DNA from: a virus
Lineage: Duplodnaviria; Heunggongvirae; Uroviricota; Caudoviricetes
Reading direction: 5' to 3' (one strand)
IMG/VR virus record: IMGVR_UViG_2529292835_000026
Span: 1 to 36,849 of that record
DNA: 36,849 nucleotides
The notes under the pieces were generated by a model, which was not told the origin of the DNA, ran no database searches, and was given only the letters and a program-made list of their open reading frames with translations. The position numbers and the translations under genes were made by a program. Each line of letters opens with the position of its first letter. Position 1 is the first letter of the stretch. Of this stretch, positions 9,385-17,990 are shown piece by piece.

Positions 9385-11114
9385 CAGACCCCCTCCGCAA
9401 TAAACCCAATATTCCATCCACCGTTATCTCCGGTGATGCTCAGAGTAAAGCCAGTTGCAGTAATAGCTGTAATGGCGACACCCTCAACACTCCCACCGTG
9501 TGACGAACGGAAAACGGGGATCACGTACCAGCACTGACGGGCAAATGGTGTCGGAAAATTCACCTGATACTCTTTATTCACCACACCAGTTGCCCCGGAA
9601 AAATAACTGTTAAAAAACTGCTTCAGCACACCGCCAGTTATTCGGTGATGATTGCTGCCAAATGAAAATTCATCTTCACAAACACCCCGACGCCATAGTG
9701 TTGTATTGTCTTTAACCGTATCAGAGCCGCTGAAACGGTGATACATTTCCCCTGCTCCGGTGATGAAAATCTGCGCGCGTCTGTTCTTGTTATACGCAGC
9801 CTGAAAACCTGCACCATTCGATGGCACTTCATCTGCATTACCTGAATATGCAAGAAACTGTGAAACCTCACCCATTTCGTAGTTATTATTGCTACCGATT
9901 CCGTATGCTCCCTGTTGCAGAGCACTTTCAGCCTTATCAACCGTCGGTTTAAGTCCCAGATTCTGAATAAACAAAGTCGGGTCAGGAATATCAGCACCAT
10001 TGCGGTCCTTTGCCAGTCTCGCGCTGGCGTTGTCCATCGCAATTTTTACCGCTTTCAATGTCGCCGCAACATTTTCTGACACGCTGTTTACCTCGTTCCC
10101 CAGTTGCACCATTCCTTTAACACTCACTGATGCTTCTGGATAATGTGCACTGGTGAACACCTGATTCCACGGTGTTTCATCATCGGCAATTTTCGATAAC
10201 ATGCTGAATCGACAGTACATCTTGCCATCATTAGCGACATAAATTTGTGCACGTCGATTGTCGTTGTAACAGGCCTGGAAACCAGCACCATGTGTTGGCA
10301 CTTCTGGATAGCCGACAGCTGTACCATAAGCAAAAAATTGCGATTTGGTTCCCATGGTTTTCAGATAAGCCAGGCCAATTCCATAATCTCCTGGCTGAAT
10401 CGCTGATGCAGCTTTATCAACAGTCGTTTTCAATCCCAGATTCTGAACAAACAGTGCCGGATTGGGAATATCAGAACCATTGCGGTCTTTTGCCAGTCTG
10501 GCGCTGGCATTATCCATCGCTATTTTCACTGCTTTTGGCGTTGCAGCGACTGTTTCATCATTGCTTTCCACACCGCTATACAGACGTACAAATCCCTTTT
10601 CTGTCAAAGACGCAGAAGGATGGCGGCGCGATTGCTCATGAATTTCTATTTGTTGATCTACATAATGACGGGTTGCCAGCACGACAGCAGGGTCGATTTT
10701 CAGGGTGATATTGTCCGTGCTGCTGGTAATCAGCACCATGCGCACGGTCTGGGTGCGCCCGCTGCCTTCAGCCAGTTGCGGCTTATAGCTTTCCGGGCAG
10801 TTGCCCACGGCAATCAATGCCCCGGACTCATCAAACAAGCCCACTTCACGTATCCACCAACCGCCCTCGTTTTCAGGGATCACCTGTTCGGCAATAATCT
10901 GACTGCTGTTCTGCGGGTCGATATAGAGCATATTCAGCGCAGCCCGGCGTTTCTCATTTACCAGTGCAGTCTGCTTTGAGTCTGGCGTTGGCAATACTCC
11001 GCCGCCATCGCCGACCGCCATATGGGTAATTTTTAGCGGCACACCGAGCGCGGCGGCGCTGGCAAGTTTCGCCGCGCCAATATCCGTCAGCAGGGTATAA
11101 AATTTTGTGCTCAT
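9384..11114 (-). CDS. H: Tail fiber protein (gpH-like), 576 aa
   Basis: N-terminus MSTKFYTLLTDIGAAKLA...HMAVGDGGG...AESYKP-type motifs match the P2 gpH N-terminal domain; variable C-terminus. Confidence 0.9.
   Translation of the reverse strand: MSTKFYTLLTDIGAAKLASAAALGVPLKITHMAVGDGGGVLPTPDSKQTALVNEKRRAALNMLYIDPQNSSQIIAEQVIPENEGGWWIREVGLFDESGALIAVGNCPESYKPQLAEGSGRTQTVRMVLITSSTDNITLKIDPAVVLATRHYVDQQIEIHEQSRRHPSASLTEKGFVRLYSGVESNDETVAATPKAVKIAMDNASARLAKDRNGSDIPNPALFVQNLGLKTTVDKAASAIQPGDYGIGLAYLKTMGTKSQFFAYGTAVGYPEVPTHGAGFQACYNDNRRAQIYVANDGKMYCRFSMLSKIADDETPWNQVFTSAHYPEASVSVKGMVQLGNEVNSVSENVAATLKAVKIAMDNASARLAKDRNGADIPDPTLFIQNLGLKPTVDKAESALQQGAYGIGSNNNYEMGEVSQFLAYSGNADEVPSNGAGFQAAYNKNRRAQIFITGAGEMYHRFSGSDTVKDNTTLWRRGVCEDEFSFGSNHHRITGGVLKQFFNSYFSGATGVVNKEYQVNFPTPFARQCWYVIPVFRSSHGGSVEGVAITAITATGFTLSITGDNGGWNIGFIAEGV
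9723..10121. repeat. Tail-fiber internal tandem repeat, copy 2
   Basis: Encodes ...ATLKAVKIAMDNASARLAKDRNGADIP...NRRAQIF...MYHRFS, about 60-70% identical at DNA level to the copy 480 bp upstream. Confidence 0.7.
10203..10601. repeat. Tail-fiber internal tandem repeat, copy 1
   Basis: Encodes ...ATPKAVKIAMDNASARLAKDRNGSDIP...NRRAQIY...MYCRFS; about 133-aa module duplicated in frame. Confidence 0.7.
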
Positions 11115-11716
11115 GGATTCACTCTCATTGTGTCAATAACATGGACCGCCCCGCCTTCATGCGCGGTGCCGCCAGAAATAATTGTTTCGTTGATATACGG
11201 ATAGATCGTGATTTCTTCGCCAAGATAGCTGGCGGCTCCCACCCAATGCGGGCCGCTGGTCTGCAGGTTGATGGACATGCCGATCATGTGACGGCTGCAT
11301 GGTTTGGCATCGCTTATCAGTCGCTCAAGTTCCAGATAGGTATCTTCAGTGATGCCCTGGTCCTGCACGCCGATATCCAGACGAAACGTGCCCGGTGTCT
11401 CTCCGGTCTGCCACCACTCAATAATGCGGATCAGAAAGCCGAACGGCTCCACCACCCGCCGCACGGCACTGGTGGTCCCTTTATGCTGATGAATATAAAA
11501 AGCATCCTTCACCACCTGGCGCTTGACACTTTCTGTCCAGTCCTCGTCCCAGCGATCCACAGAGAACGCCCAGGCGAGATAAGGCAGGAAACTGACCGGA
11601 CAGGTCGCCGGATTCCACAAGTCACGAAGCGGCACCTGCAGATCAGAAATCCCGCTGCAGGTTTGCGCCAGTCGGCGCTCCAGTGGTGTTGAACCCGGTG
11701 GCAGCAGACTATTCAT
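11111..11716 (-). CDS. I: Baseplate protein gpI-like
   Basis: 201-aa ORF between J and H, overlapping junctions. Confidence 0.85.
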   Translation of the reverse strand: MNSLLPPGSTPLERRLAQTCSGISDLQVPLRDLWNPATCPVSFLPYLAWAFSVDRWDEDWTESVKRQVVKDAFYIHQHKGTTSAVRRVVEPFGFLIRIIEWWQTGETPGTFRLDIGVQDQGITEDTYLELERLISDAKPCSRHMIGMSINLQTSGPHWVGAASYLGEEITIYPYINETIISGGTAHEGGAVHVIDTMRVNP

Positions 11717-12617
11717 CCGTTCCTCCGTTGGTTACGCTCCACTGCGTACATGATGCCGCCTGTGTTTTGTTCAGGACCACATCCGCCAGAGGAGAAGCCA
11801 GCTCTACACGCTGCACTCCCTCAACATGAAGGGCGGCAAAGATGGCGCTACGGCGAATATCCCGACCAAGACGCGTCTGACTGGCGATGTACTTCTGCAG
11901 GCTGGCTTTTGCCGCTGCCATTACCGGCTCTGCTTCCGGTCCCGGATAGAGAAAAATAGTGGCTTCCACGCGGTACGGGATGATTTCTGCGCTGCGAACC
12001 GTCAGACGGTCAGCCACCGGGCGGACGTTCTCACTGTTCAGGGCTTTCTCCACCACATCCAGCAGGTCTTTTTCTGCAGTTCCATCGCCTTCGCGGCTAA
12101 GGACAGTCAGCACCACCTCTGCAGGTGCCGGGCTGGTTGCACTGGCATCCGCCACCCGACCGTCGGCGCTTCGGGCATGAAATTCATAAGCTGCAGTTGG
12201 CCCCGCAACAGAAAGCCCTTCAAAGGCTGCAGGCACACGCAGGCGTAACGCTTCATCGCTTTCCATCACAGCCGCAACGGGTGGCACTGCGTCATTATCA
12301 GCAGGCGTCACCGTCAGGCGTTTCACGTTGTAGTTGGCAGCGAGCTGGTCAAGATCGCCGCCCATCGCGTAAGCCCCCATCACAGCATGCGCGGCTTCGT
12401 TAATGCGCTGGCGCAGAAGCAACTCACGGTAAGCGTTCTCCTGAAGCAATTTGGTGACGGGTTCAGATTCCAGTTCCAGCGTGCGGATCACTGCTTCCTG
12501 CTCATCTTTCGGATGAAGCGCAACAAATTCGGCCTTGCGTTCGGCAAGCAGCGTCTCAAAGTCCGGCACATCCACAATCTGCGGCGCAGGCAACTGCGAA
12601 AGGTCAATCACTGCCAT
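11709..12617 (-). CDS. J: Baseplate protein gpJ-like
   Basis: Start set at MAVIDLSQLPAP by alignment to the P2 gpJ N-terminus; C-terminus ...GRDIRRSAIFAALHVEGVQRVEL... is conserved. Confidence 0.85.
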   Translation of the reverse strand: MAVIDLSQLPAPQIVDVPDFETLLAERKAEFVALHPKDEQEAVIRTLELESEPVTKLLQENAYRELLLRQRINEAAHAVMGAYAMGGDLDQLAANYNVKRLTVTPADNDAVPPVAAVMESDEALRLRVPAAFEGLSVAGPTAAYEFHARSADGRVADASATSPAPAEVVLTVLSREGDGTAEKDLLDVVEKALNSENVRPVADRLTVRSAEIIPYRVEATIFLYPGPEAEPVMAAAKASLQKYIASQTRLGRDIRRSAIFAALHVEGVQRVELASPLADVVLNKTQAASCTQWSVTNGGTDE

Positions 12618-12963
12618 TCTCTGCTCCTGTTGATACGGAAAGGGAAACAGGTACACCGTTATTCCGCCGCCCGGTCAGCTCCACCACCATAGAACCGTCA
12701 AAGTTGCTGTTGATGGTGATGGAATCCAGCGTCAGCCGTGGCTCCCAGCGACTCAGCGCCACATACACTGCCGACATGACCTGCAGGCGTAATGCCGGAT
12801 TTTGTGGCTGATCTATTAAAACCGACAGGAGGGAACCATATTCCCGGCGGGCAATGCGGCTACCCTGCGGTGTCAGCAGAATGTCCCGCACCGACTGGCG
12901 CAGATGATCAATATCAGTAATGACTTTGCCGCTGGTATTGTTCATCCCGCTATAAAGCGTCAT
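12604..12963 (-). CDS. W: Baseplate protein gpW-like
   Basis: 119-aa ORF with ...REYGSLLSVLIDQPQNPALRLQ... matching gpW. Confidence 0.85.
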   Translation of the reverse strand: MTLYSGMNNTSGKVITDIDHLRQSVRDILLTPQGSRIARREYGSLLSVLIDQPQNPALRLQVMSAVYVALSRWEPRLTLDSITINSNFDGSMVVELTGRRNNGVPVSLSVSTGAENGSD

Positions 12964-13538
12964 ACCGGGCCTCCGGTTGTATCGCCGCCTTTCAGGACAC
13001 CAGTATGCTGATGCGCATCAACCACAATCCCGTTAGAACTCATCGCACCGCCGCCCTGGGTAACGCCCCCATTGATCACTACTTCGCTGTTAATTCGCGT
13101 GCGGTCAGCCTCCAGCACAAACTCACTGGTTTTCATGGTGATATTGTCAGCGGCCTCAATGACCATTGATTTGATGCCCCTGACATACCAGCGCCCGGTG
13201 GCGGGTTCGTATTCAAACCAGCTACCGTCAGGATGTTCTGTCACGCAGGCGTCCGCCGACGTCGACGGTGGTGCGAACTGATTCGAATAGACAGCGGGCA
13301 GCGCAAAGGCAGTCTCCAGATTACCGCCCAGACTCAGCAGCACCACCTGCTCACCTTCCGATGGTCGCCACCATGTGCGGGCATTACCGGCACGCAGCGT
13401 CAGCCAACTGATCCAGTTAGTTTCAAGGTCGCCCGTTTTCACCCGGCAAAGCCAGTTCTCCCGGTCCACTTCGGTGACTACACCAGTGCGGATCAGATTG
13501 GTGATAAGGCGCATGATTTCGGTTAATTGTGCGTTCAT
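12960..13538 (-). CDS. V: Baseplate spike protein gpV-like
   Basis: Start set at MNAQLTEIMRLITNLIRTG by alignment to the P2 gpV N-terminus; the longer ORF 5' extension would overlap the promoter dyad. Confidence 0.85.
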   Translation of the reverse strand: MNAQLTEIMRLITNLIRTGVVTEVDRENWLCRVKTGDLETNWISWLTLRAGNARTWWRPSEGEQVVLLSLGGNLETAFALPAVYSNQFAPPSTSADACVTEHPDGSWFEYEPATGRWYVRGIKSMVIEAADNITMKTSEFVLEADRTRINSEVVINGGVTQGGGAMSSNGIVVDAHQHTGVLKGGDTTGGPV

Positions 13539-13585
13539 GCTGACAATATTGTTTCTTAAACTGAGTGATTGCATCGAAGTGGTTT

Positions 13586-13603
13586 TGTATGATTGCAGGC
13601 ACA
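13586..13603. promoter_or_regulatory. Candidate Ogr-dependent late promoter element (TGT-N12-ACA) upstream of V
   Basis: TGTATGATTGCAGGCACA about 57 bp upstream of the V start codon. Confidence 0.5.
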
Positions 13604-13626
13604 AGTTGTAACTAAGGAGGCGATTG

Positions 13627-14064
13627 ATGAAATCTTGGAAAAACCGAGGATTTAAAAAAAGGGTTCTTGAATATGTTTACTGTTTCTCCGCTGCTCCATT
13701 TTTAGCCATGTTCTACACGTTGTCAGAAAACCAGCTGACAATGTTTATAATTTTCTTCACTGTGAGTTTTTATCTCACTCTGATGGCATCCGTTTTTTTA
13801 ACAAAACGAGGATTTAACAAAGTATTCAAAGAATTCTTTAATTTATTATGGAACTATGAAACGGCCTTCGTTTTTTGCTATGGCCTTTATACTTATCTTT
13901 ATAGAATTGATGGGCAGAAAACTTTATCAAACCTCCTTACCATTATGTTTTCAGCTCACCCATGGACACTTATTTTCGGCATCGGACTCTTGGTTTTCAC
14001 AGTAATTTTCAGGTTTGCTCTGAGTGTTGCTGACTTGCTAGTTGAAGTTAAGTCAGATATATAA
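13627..14064 (+). CDS. Small polytopic membrane protein (about 145 aa), moron between V and S
   Basis: AAGGAGG 6 nt upstream of ATG at 13627 (the ORF track begins 3 nt earlier at a TTG); AT-rich; about four hydrophobic helices; opposite strand to the flanking late genes. Confidence 0.7.
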   Translation: MKSWKNRGFKKRVLEYVYCFSAAPFLAMFYTLSENQLTMFIIFFTVSFYLTLMASVFLTKRGFNKVFKEFFNLLWNYETAFVFCYGLYTYLYRIDGQKTLSNLLTIMFSAHPWTLIFGIGLLVFTVIFRFALSVADLLVEVKSDI

Positions 14065-14088
14065 TGAAACAATACAACCATAGAATTT

Positions 14089-14538
14089 TTAGCTATTTAC
14101 CAGCCAATCACATAATATATCCTTGGTGAAATCTAAAACATCTTTGTTGCTTCCTAACAATTTCCGCTCTGCATAACGGACCTCAGGTCCTTTGCGACTG
14201 ACGCGATCACGCAAGCCGTAATGGTGAACGCGTGCAATGCGCTGCACCTTACCTTCAAACTGTACGCTGGCAGAATCAGCGCTGGCGGCAGTTTTCAGGT
14301 ATTTTGTGGTACGAAGCTTTGTAAACATCTGGCGTTTGATGCGCCCCTTTTTACTGCGTGCTGTTACCCGTCGCGGTTCATAGCTGCTGCCGTCAGGGTT
14401 GCGCTGCATCCTGATATTCTGCTGCTGTGTCCGGCGCAGTTCCTGCGCCAGCTGACGCATCATGCGAATTCTTGCGGCTGGCTCCAGATTCGCCAGCAAG
14501 GCACTCAGCCAGTCGTCCACTTTCTGCAGTTCAGCCAC
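14089..14538 (-). CDS. S: Tail completion protein gpS-like
   Basis: 149-aa basic ORF downstream of R. Confidence 0.85.
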   Translation of the reverse strand: MAELQKVDDWLSALLANLEPAARIRMMRQLAQELRRTQQQNIRMQRNPDGSSYEPRRVTARSKKGRIKRQMFTKLRTTKYLKTAASADSASVQFEGKVQRIARVHHYGLRDRVSRKGPEVRYAERKLLGSNKDVLDFTKDILCDWLVNS

Positions 14539-14983
14539 GTTTCACCGTCCACATTTCTTCAGGTTCATCGGGTTCCGTTATCGCTTCAACGCTCGACACA
14601 CTTCCGTCAGTGCTGACCAGCACACGTTCCGTCAGTTGCAGGTTCAAGCTGATATCACAGACATCGTTGCGCAGAATATCCACCTCAAAGGTGAATAGTT
14701 TTTCCCGTAACGCCGGGTTATTGATGGCATCGGGCTGGTTATCCCTCAGCCACAGCAAAACCGGGGCCATCAACAGATTCTGGTCGCCGCTGAAATCCTC
14801 AATCACCGCGTTCAGGGTGTAACGGTACTCCCACGACATGGAGCTGGCCCCCGTGGCAACCAGCGAACCGTTATCCACAAACAGATGCAGTTTGTCCGGG
14901 TTATTGCGGACATAAGGCACCGCTTTATTGAGGGCGTGGCGCAGGGATTGTGGTTTGTTCACTGTTTCGCTCCTGACAGGCAA
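14531..14983 (-). CDS. R: Tail completion protein gpR-like
   Basis: ...LHLFVDNGSLVA...YRYTLNAVIEDFSGD...LLWLRDNQPD... aligns with P2 gpR. Confidence 0.85.
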   Translation of the reverse strand: MPVRSETVNKPQSLRHALNKAVPYVRNNPDKLHLFVDNGSLVATGASSMSWEYRYTLNAVIEDFSGDQNLLMAPVLLWLRDNQPDAINNPALREKLFTFEVDILRNDVCDISLNLQLTERVLVSTDGSVSSVEAITEPDEPEEMWTVKRG

Positions 14984-15215
14984 TAATCATGTCCACTTTG
15001 TCTGCACAGACCGCCCAGGCGGCCTCCGTTTCATCCAGCAACGCGTTCAGATCACCGTTAGTGCGCAGCGCTGTCTGATCCAGCCGACACGGCGTCACTC
15101 GCGGACAACCACTGACGGTAAGCTGCACCTCCGGTGAGTGCCGGACGTTCCCGCAGCCGGATAATGTCAGCAGGCAAAGGAATATCAGCCCAGCGGCGTA
15201 AATCCTCGTTCTCAC
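14925..15215 (-). CDS. Outer-membrane spanin lipoprotein (LysC/Rz1-like), embedded in lysB
   Basis: Signal peptide with lipobox LTLSGC; ORF lies in an alternative frame inside the LysB gene, the classic Rz/Rz1 arrangement. Confidence 0.7.
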   Translation of the reverse strand: MRTRIYAAGLIFLCLLTLSGCGNVRHSPEVQLTVSGCPRVTPCRLDQTALRTNGDLNALLDETEAAWAVCADKVDMIIACQERNSEQTTIPAPRPQ

Positions 15216-15486
15216 GTTTCAGTTCCTCGATCCGGTGTTGTCGTTGTCTCAGCAGCGCGCTGGTCTGTTCTGATTCGGCATAGAGCCGCGCCTGCTCCCG
15301 GTTATTGGTTTCAGTCAGAATGGACAGGCTGATAAGCTGGCTGTTGCTCTTTGCCAGTGCCTGGCTTTTGCTCTGCAGCTCGTCTGCCTGCGTGCTAATG
15401 GTCTGGCTGGCATCAGCCAGCCGCCACGCCTGCCAGCCCAGCGCCGCCAGTAATAACGCCAGCACAACCAGCAGCAACCGGTTCAT
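15058..15486 (-). CDS. Inner-membrane spanin (LysB/Rz-like)
   Basis: N-terminal signal anchor MNRLLLVVLALLLAALGW followed by a coiled-coil-rich periplasmic domain. Confidence 0.75.
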   Translation of the reverse strand: MNRLLLVVLALLLAALGWQAWRLADASQTISTQADELQSKSQALAKSNSQLISLSILTETNNREQARLYAESEQTSALLRQRQHRIEELKRENEDLRRWADIPLPADIIRLRERPALTGGAAYRQWLSASDAVSAGSDSAAH

Positions 15487-15860
15487 GCTGCTACCTGTTG
15501 CGCCATCTGATTACGGGTGATCCAGAAGGCAATAACGGTCAGTAGATAAAAGACCAGGGTAATAGCCCACCCCGTCCAGGCGAGACTTACGACAATCAGC
15601 AATCGCATCACCCAGCTGATAAATACGTTTTCTTTTCGGGTTATTGTCTTCAGCAAAGATGCCCTCAACTCCTGCCAGAGCGGGCCATTCTTAATTAACG
15701 CAGCCAGTGCTACCGGAATTACCGCCCATGTCAGCAGACAGGCTACCCAGACACCGGACGCTGCCAGTACCGGAAAAATCCCCTGCGGATACACCATTGC
15801 TTCGATTAACAGCCCCATCCATAACATCAGAAACAGCCCGCTGATTACTTTCTTTTTCAT
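15483..15860 (-). CDS. LysA-like lysis membrane protein
   Basis: Multi-pass hydrophobic ORF; start set at MKKKVISGLF, 1 nt after the endolysin stop. Confidence 0.65.
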   Translation of the reverse strand: MKKKVISGLFLMLWMGLLIEAMVYPQGIFPVLAASGVWVACLLTWAVIPVALAALIKNGPLWQELRASLLKTITRKENVFISWVMRLLIVVSLAWTGWAITLVFYLLTVIAFWITRNQMAQQVAA

Positions 15861-15861
15861 T

Positions 15862-16374
15862 TCAGTTTGCTCCCTGTAAACACCAGGCCATCTCCCGCGC
15901 ACGGCGGTTATCCAGCCCCTGATTAAACACACCTTTCACATAAACCCAGCGCGGCAACTGTCGGCACGCATCCGCCCAGCGCCGCTGATTGAGCAATTTC
16001 ACCAGCGTGGAGCTGCAGGCATTGCCTGTCCCCACGTTGAAGGCAAACGACACCACCGAGTCATACACCTTTTGTGGCGGCTGTTGCTTCACACATCTTT
16101 CCAGCGCCCGCTCCACACGCAGCACGTTGGAGATCAGCCCTTCCGCTGCCTGTCGTTCCGTAATGGTTTTGCCTGGAATGACGCCAGATGTATTACCAAT
16201 GCCGTCGGTCCAGACACCCGCGCTGCACTGATACGGCTGCAGACGACAGCCTTCGTAATCGGCAATCAGTTTCAGCCCCTCCACGGAGGTGTGAAGCTGC
16301 TGAAACCCCGGCAGCGTGGCAGCAATAGCCAGCACGGCCCCGACAAGGCAGCGTTTAACGATTGATGGATTCAT
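15862..16374 (-). CDS. Endolysin (gpK position), possibly signal-arrest-release type
   Basis: Sits in the P2 K position between holin and lysA; weakly hydrophobic Gly/Ala-rich N-terminus (CLVGAVLAIAATLPGF) followed by a soluble catalytic domain. Confidence 0.75.
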   Translation of the reverse strand: MNPSIVKRCLVGAVLAIAATLPGFQQLHTSVEGLKLIADYEGCRLQPYQCSAGVWTDGIGNTSGVIPGKTITERQAAEGLISNVLRVERALERCVKQQPPQKVYDSVVSFAFNVGTGNACSSTLVKLLNQRRWADACRQLPRWVYVKGVFNQGLDNRRAREMAWCLQGAN

Positions 16375-16570
16375 AGTCCTCCCGCGAGATCTGCCCGTCG
16401 CGCAGAAGCTGGTAGGCTTTGTGTTTGTAGTACCAGTTGATAGCCAGCATCAGCACACCAATCATCAGGCCGCCCAGCGTTGAGGCATCCTTGATGGACA
16501 AATCGCCCAGCCAGGCCAGCACGACGGCGATGCAATACGTGATAAAGGCGCTGATTCGCTCAAGCGTCAT
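16355..16570 (-). CDS. Putative holin (gpY position), 71 aa
   Basis: Two predicted transmembrane helices and a charged C-terminus; sits between X and the endolysin. Confidence 0.6.
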   Translation of the reverse strand: MTLERISAFITYCIAVVLAWLGDLSIKDASTLGGLMIGVLMLAINWYYKHKAYQLLRDGQISREDYESINR

Positions 16571-16573
16571 AAT

Positions 16574-16777
16574 TCAGTCCCATAGCTGGACGGTCTGCAC
16601 GGTGGTGGTGGTCGGAATGTCCGGCAGCTCCACCTGCAGCCCGTGAGGTAAAAAGGGGCCGTATTCGGCAAGCCCCGGATTTGCCTTCAGTACCTGCTCC
16701 GTGACACCCTGCGTGCGCCCGTAATGACGCCAGCAAAGTGCGTCCACCGTGTCATACTGATGCGCACGCACTTTCAT
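16574..16777 (-). CDS. X: Tail protein gpX-like
   Basis: 67-aa ORF in the gpX position after L. Confidence 0.8.
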   Translation of the reverse strand: MKVRAHQYDTVDALCWRHYGRTQGVTEQVLKANPGLAEYGPFLPHGLQVELPDIPTTTTVQTVQLWD

Positions 16778-17304
16778 CAGATAAGCTCCACTGTGCAGTG
16801 CGGCGCATCCTGCACCCGGCTGATGGCCCTGCGGGCGTCACGCCATAAATCACCGCTTGCTTCCGCCAGTTCCTCGCCCCGCTTCGCACCGGATGCCGTG
16901 GCGTCATAGTCCTGGTAACGTTCGTTGAGCATGGCGCGTGCCCAGCAGTAAACCGCGTTGAAATAGTGCTGAACGCGCTCACTTTTGCCGTCCAGCTGTT
17001 CCGCCGGAACCTCTGCCAGCGAGGCATACCCCAGCATCTGCTGGCATCTGCGAAACTCATACAGCTCTGCGTTGACCTCCGAAATTGCCGACAGCGCAAC
17101 CTGCTTTAAACGCGGCTGCGTCACCGTACCGTCAGTGCGCATCACACTGCGGAACTCCGACAGATCCACATCAGGCCAGAACGGCGTATTCCTGATGATT
17201 TCCGCCTGTTCCGGAGCCTGTTCTGGCGCAACAAACTTCATGCTGCTTTCTCCTGAGATAGAGGGCGGTGGACGGGGTTTTGATGTGGCAGTGCCTTTCG
17301 CCAC
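16777..17304 (-). CDS. L: Head completion protein gpL-like
   Basis: 175-aa ORF downstream of M. Confidence 0.85.
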   Translation of the reverse strand: MAKGTATSKPRPPPSISGESSMKFVAPEQAPEQAEIIRNTPFWPDVDLSEFRSVMRTDGTVTQPRLKQVALSAISEVNAELYEFRRCQQMLGYASLAEVPAEQLDGKSERVQHYFNAVYCWARAMLNERYQDYDATASGAKRGEELAEASGDLWRDARRAISRVQDAPHCTVELI

Positions 17305-17336
17305 CCCGTGCCGCCCGTGCGCGGGGGCACGTTCTG

Positions 17337-17987
17337 TCAGCGGCTGTCATTGCGCAGTCTGCGCTCCAGCTGCTGTTTGTCTTTTTTCACGCCACAGCGG
17401 GGATCGAGCTGTAACGCATGGTTGAGATGATTAAGGGCGGAAGCCGGATTACTTTCACTCAGGACAGCGCCAATCGCTTTATGCAGACGCGCCCGTGACT
17501 GGTCCGGCATGTCCAGACCGTCTGTTAGCTCCAGCGTCTGCAGCAACAGATCGACATCAAAGCCGGTAGTGGCAAGCATTGCGCTCTGTGCCGCGTCTGC
17601 CATTTCCTCTGCCAGCACGGTTTGCACATTGCGGTTACCCAGCGGCATCACCCAGCCATGACGCAGGGCATGACGCCCGATCTCCAGCGCCCCGGCATAA
17701 TCTCCGGCATCAATGCGCCACAGCATCACGTACATCAGCACGTCATCCTGTTGAGCGCCTCCGGCAGCCAGAACACCCTCTGCCCAGGCGGCGTATTTCG
17801 GCAGCAGCTCCACCTTGATTTCCGCTTTTTTGACCGTGGACTGAACGCCCTTGAGACGGCGGCGATCTTCCGCCAGTTGCAGCAGCATCAGGTCATAGCC
17901 CGACGCGTGGCGAACGCTGCCGCCCTCACGGGCGGCCTGTTCAGCCTGAACGCGCAGGCGATGCTGCCGTGCGGGACTCAGGCTCAT
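17337..17987 (-). CDS. M: Terminase endonuclease (small) subunit gpM-like
   Basis: 216-aa ORF between N and L. Confidence 0.85.
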   Translation of the reverse strand: MSLSPARQHRLRVQAEQAAREGGSVRHASGYDLMLLQLAEDRRRLKGVQSTVKKAEIKVELLPKYAAWAEGVLAAGGAQQDDVLMYVMLWRIDAGDYAGALEIGRHALRHGWVMPLGNRNVQTVLAEEMADAAQSAMLATTGFDVDLLLQTLELTDGLDMPDQSRARLHKAIGAVLSESNPASALNHLNHALQLDPRCGVKKDKQQLERRLRNDSR

Positions 17988-17990
17988 GAA

